A stretch of DNA of 64,000 nucleotides, taken from positions 135,269 through 199,268 of the forward strand of contig DASPLQ010000012.1 of the NCBI GenBank assembly GCA_035627515.1, read 5' to 3'. The notes below the pieces were generated by a model, which searched no databases, had not been told where the DNA came from, and saw only the letters and a program-made list of their open reading frames with translations. This DNA comes from Vitreimonas sp. Its GTDB lineage: Bacteria; Patescibacteriota; Microgenomatia; UBA1400; PJMF01. The position numbers and the translations under genes are program-made. The stretch's first letter is position 1. Every line of letters starts with the position of its first letter. Shown piece after piece: positions 58,477 through 64,000 of this stretch.

Positions 58477-58953
58477 CTATTTGAGGTCCCCACACGCGGT
58501 GTAAGCTCCAATATCTTTTTCTGAACGGTGGACATTAATTGCCAGCTCCGGGCTGGTGGCTAATAATTTTTCTAGCGACACCGCTAACAGGGTTTCAGAA
58601 CTTCCCCCCACTACATTTGACAAGGGATACACCACTCGGCCGGGATGTGGGCACGAGCCAAGGTGAATGTGAGCAGGCTGGGGTTCAGTAAAGGTGCCGC
58701 CACTGAGTTTTAAAACCACTCGAACCGTCTCTGACGAGGCAGCACCGACTACGGCAGTTCCCGACTGGCCAGAATTATCTTCCACAGTCAGGCGCACGGT
58801 GATATCAGCCGGCTGAGCGAGGGGTGTCCCAGAGGGGGTGGGACTTGGTGAAGGAATTGGTGTGGCTGGAATACTCTCAGTAGTATTTGCGACCGAGCCC
58901 GTCCGCCACTCACAACCCGCAAAAAACAAACCACCGGCTACTACTAAGCTCAT
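58477..58953 (-). CDS. Lipoprotein with a CHRD-like domain (PAHIHLG motif)
   Basis: Lipobox FFAGC and an AHIH motif. The start is chosen at the internal Met to avoid overlapping the NUDIX gene. Confidence 0.35.
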   Translation of the reverse strand: MSLVVAGGLFFAGCEWRTGSVANTTESIPATPIPSPSPTPSGTPLAQPADITVRLTVEDNSGQSGTAVVGAASSETVRVVLKLSGGTFTEPQPAHIHLGSCPHPGRVVYPLSNVVGGSSETLLAVSLEKLLATSPELAINVHRSEKDIGAYTACGDLK

Positions 58954-58978
58954 TAGTAACCAAGACTGCAGGGAGAAA

Positions 58979-59443
58979 TTAAGTGATCGAAATAACATTC
59001 TGCTCGCGTAAGTACTTAATATCATCCATCGTAATTTGGGAGAGGGGTAATTTTTGGGCTTCGTCTAAAGTAAACCACCCTAACTCATCGCACTTAAGAG
59101 GTTCTTTGATTTCTGGTGTGCCTGCCACAATTTCACAAATAAAAGTTGGTGATACCCAGTGTTGTTTTTCAGCGGGCAAAATGTGGTCCCAGACATTAAT
59201 TAAACTTTTTACGCGAATGGTGATTCCCAACTCTTCTTTAGTTTCACGAATGATTGCCTCATGCAAAGTTTCACCCCACTCTACCGCGCCACCGGGAATT
59301 TCCCATTTCCCCCGCTCATTTTTGGCTTGAGGTCCTCGCCGAGCCAGCAACAATCGGCCCTGGTCATCAAAAATGGCCGCCCCCACCCCCACGCCAATAT
59401 AATCAATTCCTTTGTGCATAAACTGTTCTACATATCTTAGCAC
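58979..59443 (-). CDS. NUDIX hydrolase
   Basis: The Nudix box GGAVEWGETLHEAIIRETKEELGI. Confidence 0.8.
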   Translation of the reverse strand: MLRYVEQFMHKGIDYIGVGVGAAIFDDQGRLLLARRGPQAKNERGKWEIPGGAVEWGETLHEAIIRETKEELGITIRVKSLINVWDHILPAEKQHWVSPTFICEIVAGTPEIKEPLKCDELGWFTLDEAQKLPLSQITMDDIKYLREQNVISIT

Positions 59444-59479
59444 TCTTTACAACTGAGTTCTTTTTGGAGAGACTAAGCT

Positions 59480-61456
59480 ATGTCCAATTTTCCCTCCTCA
59501 CCTATTCCCCAAATTCACTCTCTCGAAGAATATCATCAAAAATATCAACACAGTCTGGATCAACCAGCTGCTTTTTGGGCTGAGATCGCCCAGACTTATT
59601 ATTGGCGCAAACCTTGGGAAACCGTCACTACTGGCTCGTTTGAACAAGCTGACCACCAGTGGTTTAACGGCGCAGAACTTAACATTACCGAAAATTGTTT
59701 GGATCGACACCTGGAAACTAAAGGTGACCAAGTGGCGCTGATTTGGGAACCAAACAATCCTGATCACGCTAGTATTACTCTCACTTACCGTCAACTCTAT
59801 GAGAAAGTCTGCCAAGCTAGCTTAGCCCTCACCGAACTGGGTGTAAAAAAGGGTGATCGAGTAGGTATTTATTTACCGATGATTCCTGAACTAGCTATCT
59901 CAATGCTGGCCTGTGCCCGGATTGGTGCCATCCACAGCGTGGTGTTTGGTGGTTTCTCCAGCCAAGCCCTGGCTGATCGGCTTAATGATACCCAAGCTAA
60001 AATTTTAATTACGGCCGATGGTGGTTTCCGCGGCAATAAAACCATTGCTCTCAAAAAAATTGCTGACGAAGCTCTGGCTCAAGCCCCTCACGTTGAAAAA
60101 TGCCTGGTAGTCAAACACCTACCGGAGTCACCGGCTCTGCAACCTAGTCGTGACATCTGGTGGCACGAGGTGGTGGAACACCAAGCCACAGAAATGCCGG
60201 CAGTCAGCGTCGAGGCTGAACATCCTGTGTTTATCCTTTACACTTCTGGCTCGACTGGCAAACCAAAAGGTATCGTCCACGCTACTGCGGGCTACATGGT
60301 CTATGCTGGTTACTCATTTGTGAATGTCTTCCAATACCAACCTGGCCAAATTCATTGGTGTACAGCGGATTGCGGTTGGATTACTGGCCATACGTACTTA
60401 CTCTACGGACCTTTGTTAGCTGGCGCCACTACTGTCATGTTTGAGGGTATTCCTACTTATCCTGATGCTGGACGATACTGGCAAATCGTAGAGAAACATC
60501 GCGTTAGTATTTTATATACTGCCCCCACCGTCATCCGCTCATTAGCGGCACAAAGTTTGGATTTCGTGACCGCACATGATTTAAGCTCATTACAAGTGCT
60601 CGGCAGTGTGGGTGAACCAATCAATACTGAAGCTTGGCAGTGGTACCATGATCACATTGGCCAAGGTCGCTGCCCGATTGTGGATACCTGGTGGCAAACC
60701 GAAACTGGTGGGATCGTTATTTCTCCTTTGGCTGGCATCACTCCCCTCAAGCCCAGTTATGCCACTCTACCTCTGCCCGGCATTAAACCAGTGCTGGTCA
60801 ATGACAACGGCCAAGCAGTAGCTGGCAACCCTGCCAGTGGTGATTTGTGTTTAGCCCAACCATGGCCATCAGCCGTGCGGACCATTTATGGCAACCGCGA
60901 ACGTTATTTAGAAACGTATTTTTCACGCTCACCTGGTATTTATTTTTCAGGTGATGGTGCCGAACGCGATGCTGAGGGTGATTATCATATCCTCGGCCGG
61001 GTAGATGACACGATCAAAGTCTCAGGACACTTAATTGGGTCGGCGGAAGTTGAGAATAGTTTGACTCAACATGCGGCCGTTTCTGAAGCTGCGGTGATCG
61101 GCGCTCCTCATCCTATCAAAGGTCAAGTCATCCATGCGTTTACGATTTTGAAAATCGAAGTGGCTCAAAAGTTAGCTCAGTTAAATCCAGAATCCAAAAC
61201 TCAAGAAGAAGCGGCTCTTAAAGAAGCTTTGTTGGCTCAAGTGGCTCATGACATTGGCTCGTTTGCCAAACCTGAGGTGATTTACTTGGTTACTAATCTG
61301 CCCAAAACGCGATCCGGCAAAATTATGCGCCGTATTTTACGCAAAATAGTTGAGGGTGACTTGGCTAATTTAGGTGATACCTCTACCCTTGTCGATCCGG
61401 CTGTAATCGAGGAACTGGAAAAAGTGGTGGGCGTGGCGCCAGCAGCTGCAGCTTAG
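59480..61456 (+). CDS. acs: Acetyl-CoA synthetase
   Basis: YTSGSTGKPKG AMP-binding motif and 658 aa. The overall Acs architecture includes the C-terminal Lys region. Confidence 0.85.
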   Translation: MSNFPSSPIPQIHSLEEYHQKYQHSLDQPAAFWAEIAQTYYWRKPWETVTTGSFEQADHQWFNGAELNITENCLDRHLETKGDQVALIWEPNNPDHASITLTYRQLYEKVCQASLALTELGVKKGDRVGIYLPMIPELAISMLACARIGAIHSVVFGGFSSQALADRLNDTQAKILITADGGFRGNKTIALKKIADEALAQAPHVEKCLVVKHLPESPALQPSRDIWWHEVVEHQATEMPAVSVEAEHPVFILYTSGSTGKPKGIVHATAGYMVYAGYSFVNVFQYQPGQIHWCTADCGWITGHTYLLYGPLLAGATTVMFEGIPTYPDAGRYWQIVEKHRVSILYTAPTVIRSLAAQSLDFVTAHDLSSLQVLGSVGEPINTEAWQWYHDHIGQGRCPIVDTWWQTETGGIVISPLAGITPLKPSYATLPLPGIKPVLVNDNGQAVAGNPASGDLCLAQPWPSAVRTIYGNRERYLETYFSRSPGIYFSGDGAERDAEGDYHILGRVDDTIKVSGHLIGSAEVENSLTQHAAVSEAAVIGAPHPIKGQVIHAFTILKIEVAQKLAQLNPESKTQEEAALKEALLAQVAHDIGSFAKPEVIYLVTNLPKTRSGKIMRRILRKIVEGDLANLGDTSTLVDPAVIEELEKVVGVAPAAAA

Positions 61457-61497
61457 AGCTGAGCCTATCGTTGTCACTATCCCAGCCGGGTAAGAAC

Positions 61498-61809
61498 CTA
61501 CTTCGCAGCTTTGTTTTGAAGCAGCTTTTTGACTTCCAAAAGTTCACGTTCGATGGTTTTGATGCGAATCTGTAAATCAATATCTTCGGTATTACTCTCT
61601 TCTACAAAATACGTGACAGGGCGATTGGTAAGTTTGCTGATTTGTTTGAGCGTTTCTAGGCTAGGTTGGGCGCGACCGACTTCATACGAGCTGACTGCTT
61701 TATCTGACAGCAACAGCACATGTCCCAGTTCTTTTTGTGATAACCCCGCATCTTTGCGTGCTTTTTTAAGCTTGTCTGCTAGAGTTAATTTTTTTTTAAT
61801 ATTTGACAT
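61498..61809 (-). CDS. XRE-family HTH transcriptional regulator
   Basis: LSQKELGHVLLLSDKAVSSYEVGRAQPS HTH. Confidence 0.65.
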   Translation of the reverse strand: MSNIKKKLTLADKLKKARKDAGLSQKELGHVLLLSDKAVSSYEVGRAQPSLETLKQISKLTNRPVTYFVEESNTEDIDLQIRIKTIERELLEVKKLLQNKAAK

Positions 61810-61854
61810 AGACCCTCTCTATTAAGTAGAATTATATCTAATTATCATAGACAT

Positions 61855-62226
61855 ATGTCAACCACTTTTCGCTCCATCCTCATTATTGACCCTCATGAAA
61901 CCATGAGTGTGCCGTACCAGTATTTGCAGGCTTACGCAATTACTCGGGTGCCAACTATCGAGCAAGCCATAGCCAAGTTGCAAGATCCTTTGTTGCCCGA
62001 ACTCATCTTTCTAAGTGCCAGCTACTCTCCTACCAAAAGTTTGACCTTTTTAGAAGCTCTCAAAAATAGTTTAACCACTGAGCTCGTACCAATTATCATT
62101 ACTGTTAACTTCGAAACCAAACTATCGACGGTGATTGGCACAATGTGGGGCAAACGGATCGGTATTTGCCACTCATTATCTTCGCCAGCTGAACTTTATT
62201 CTACTATAGAAAGAATCATGCAATAA
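61855..62226 (+). CDS. Degenerate response-regulator receiver-like domain protein
   Basis: ILIIDPHE…PELIFLSASYSP has a receiver-like layout but is missing key acidic or phospho-acceptor residues. Confidence 0.35.
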   Translation: MSTTFRSILIIDPHETMSVPYQYLQAYAITRVPTIEQAIAKLQDPLLPELIFLSASYSPTKSLTFLEALKNSLTTELVPIIITVNFETKLSTVIGTMWGKRIGICHSLSSPAELYSTIERIMQ

Positions 62227-62241
62227 CGCAATGAGCACCTG

Positions 62242-62505
62242 TTGAGAGTGGATTTGCTTTTGAGTTCGACAGTATTAAGTACCACTGGAGGTCACATGCG
62301 CCAAATTGATATTTATGAATTACAACACTTACCTACCCTACTGGAAATTTATCGCCAACTAGAAGACGATAAAGTCTGCGTAATTTGTGACGATGGTTTA
62401 GCCATTGGAGTGATTGTCCCTGTCACTAAGGTGACGCCTACCCGAGCCAAACACTGGCTACTACCCTGGTTCTCCAACCCGGAGCGTTTGCTCTCCATTC
62501 GCTGA
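62242..62505 (+). CDS. Hypothetical protein. Its 3-prime end overlaps convergent cysS.
   Basis: ORF only. Confidence 0.25.
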   Translation: MRVDLLLSSTVLSTTGGHMRQIDIYELQHLPTLLEIYRQLEDDKVCVICDDGLAIGVIVPVTKVTPTRAKHWLLPWFSNPERLLSIR

Positions 62506-63912
62506 GTCTTGGACCACAAAACCTAAGGCTGCGATTTGATCACGGAGTTCATCTGATTTTTGCCACTCTTTGTTTTCGCGGGCAAGATGGCGCTGCTCGA
62601 GCAAAGCTTGGACCTCAGCCGGCACCGTTTCTAGATCTGTAGTTTTGCTCACTTCTGCCAGCGTCTCTTTAGTGACTGTGCGTAACCCCAAACCTAAGGC
62701 TTCATCAAACTCCATCAGCAAATCGTATTTGTCAGGTCCAGGAATATTCGATTTCAAGACTTCCCACAACACTGGAATGGCTTCTTGCGTCTTCAGGTCA
62801 TCTTCGAGGGCGGCAAAGAAACGCCCCCGGTACTCGTCTACCTTGGCTAATTTATCTTCAGATAAAACAGTCCGGCCTTGTTCTTCTCTCAGCTCCGCAA
62901 TTTGACGTACTAGTCGCACATATGTTTTCTGTATCCCTTCCAAACTTTCCCAAGTGAAGTTCATCTCACTCCGATAATGAGTGGTCATGAACAGGAGGCG
63001 CAAAGCCTTGGGGTCAAAACCGCGCTTAAGCATGTCATCAATCGTATAAAAGTTACCGAGAGATTTGCTCATTTTTTCACCATCAACTCTCAAGAAATTA
63101 TGATGCACCCAATACTTCACAAATGGCTTTTTGCCAGTGGCGGCTTCGGCTTGAGCAATTTCATTCGTGTGATGGACATTAATATGATCGATGCCACCCG
63201 TGTGAATATCGAATTGATCTCCCAAGTACTTCATCGACATGGCTGAACACTCGATATGCCAGCCCGGGAAACTTCGTTCATGCCAGGGGCTAGGCCAAAC
63301 CATTTGGCGATTCTCGCCTTCGCGTTCAAATTTCCAGAGGGCAAAGTCAGTAGGATTACGCTTGCCAGCTACTCGCTCTACTCGAGCGCCTTCTCGCAGC
63401 TGCTCAATATCGATTAAAGCCAGTTTTCCATAGTCATCCAGTTTACTGGTATCGAAATACACACCGTCATCTTCGATCACATAGGCAAAACCTTTTTTTT
63501 CGAGTGTAATCACCATTTGCAACTGCTCTTCAATATGATCAGTCGCTCGGCAACTGACATCTGGTCGCAAATTGCCCATTAGATCCATCGAGCGCCAAAA
63601 GTAGTCTTCAAATTCATGAGCAATATCCCAGACCGTTTTTTTATATTTACGAGCACCTTTTTCCAGTTTGTCTTCGCCAGTGTCTCCGTCAGAGGTTAAG
63701 TGGCCCACATCCGTGATATTTTGCACAAACTTGACTTTATAACCAGCTCGGCGCAAGGTCCGGATCAGGACATCATCCATCGTGTATTTGCGTAAATGTC
63801 CTAAATGCGTGTAGTCATAAACAGTCAGACCACAAGCATATAACCCAATCTCTTTGCTCTTGAATGGCTTAAGTTCATCAATTTGGCGGGTGAGAGTGTT
63901 ATAAAGGTTCAT
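62461..63912 (-). CDS. cysS: Cysteinyl-tRNA synthetase
   Basis: HLGH and KMSKS class I motifs, plus YACGLTVYDYTHLGH. Confidence 0.9.
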   Translation of the reverse strand: MNLYNTLTRQIDELKPFKSKEIGLYACGLTVYDYTHLGHLRKYTMDDVLIRTLRRAGYKVKFVQNITDVGHLTSDGDTGEDKLEKGARKYKKTVWDIAHEFEDYFWRSMDLMGNLRPDVSCRATDHIEEQLQMVITLEKKGFAYVIEDDGVYFDTSKLDDYGKLALIDIEQLREGARVERVAGKRNPTDFALWKFEREGENRQMVWPSPWHERSFPGWHIECSAMSMKYLGDQFDIHTGGIDHINVHHTNEIAQAEAATGKKPFVKYWVHHNFLRVDGEKMSKSLGNFYTIDDMLKRGFDPKALRLLFMTTHYRSEMNFTWESLEGIQKTYVRLVRQIAELREEQGRTVLSEDKLAKVDEYRGRFFAALEDDLKTQEAIPVLWEVLKSNIPGPDKYDLLMEFDEALGLGLRTVTKETLAEVSKTTDLETVPAEVQALLEQRHLARENKEWQKSDELRDQIAALGFVVQDSANGEQTLRVGEPG

Positions 63913-64000
63913 AAAGTATCCTTGTGAAGTGAGGTTATTTTAACAGCTCAGCGGTGCCTGTGGGGGCCAAAGCTGGTTGCTGAAAAACTACGACTTGGTT

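Noticed and set aside
1-64000. CRISPR arrays, transposases, integrases and other mobile elements
   Set aside because: No regularly spaced direct repeats and no transposase or integrase ORFs were seen. The only mobile-type module is the HigBA-like pair.

Overview
This 64 kb window looks like a compact, gene-dense chromosomal segment from a small-genome bacterium. GC content is mid-40s by eye. A very short EF-Ts, an rpsF-ssb-rpsR cluster, many small secreted or membrane hypotheticals and the absence of biosynthetic pathways suggest a Patescibacteria/CPR-like or similar reduced organism, but this is inference only. I see no CRISPR array, transposase or integrase.

Recognisable content, in order:
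- Housekeeping genes: partial queA, tsf, rpsB, folD, nfo, glyA, an RluA-family synthase, lspA, lgt, dnaB, an M24 peptidase, hisS, glmS, rpmE, prfA, htrA, ctpA, rpsR, ssb, rpsF, ychF, acs and cysS.
- Two tRNAs on the minus strand: tRNA-Leu(CAA) and tRNA-Ala(CGC).
- A copper operon (csoR, DUF305, copA, a membrane-cupredoxin protein, copZ) with a CsoR-type operator palindrome.
- A znuABC operon with a Zur-box-like palindrome and a convergent zur gene.
- A HigB/HigA-like toxin-antitoxin pair.
- A PspC-domain gene next to two unannotated KGG-like small stress ORFs.

The most interesting region is 19.75-25.2 kb. A 24-codon leader ORF carrying three consecutive His codons sits in front of a textbook four-segment attenuator (1:2, 2:3 and 3:4 pairings) that ends in a GC-rich intrinsic terminator. 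This is followed by an apparently co-transcribed cluster: a histidine ammonia-lyase-like MIO enzyme, a Zn-ribbon threonine-synthase-like PLP enzyme, a 65-aa acidic protein with a perfect SD, a 44-aa micro-ORF translationally coupled to an M29-like aminopeptidase, and hisS. I read this as a candidate ribosome-mediated histidine attenuation system controlling an undescribed His-linked operon.

Other notable items are a recurring AGTAAYT heptad / large inverted-repeat element in r-protein operon spacers and the glyA leader, a possible glmS-ribozyme-like structured leader, and a ~20-aa tandem-repeat protein (W-x-DPEYR units) of unknown function.
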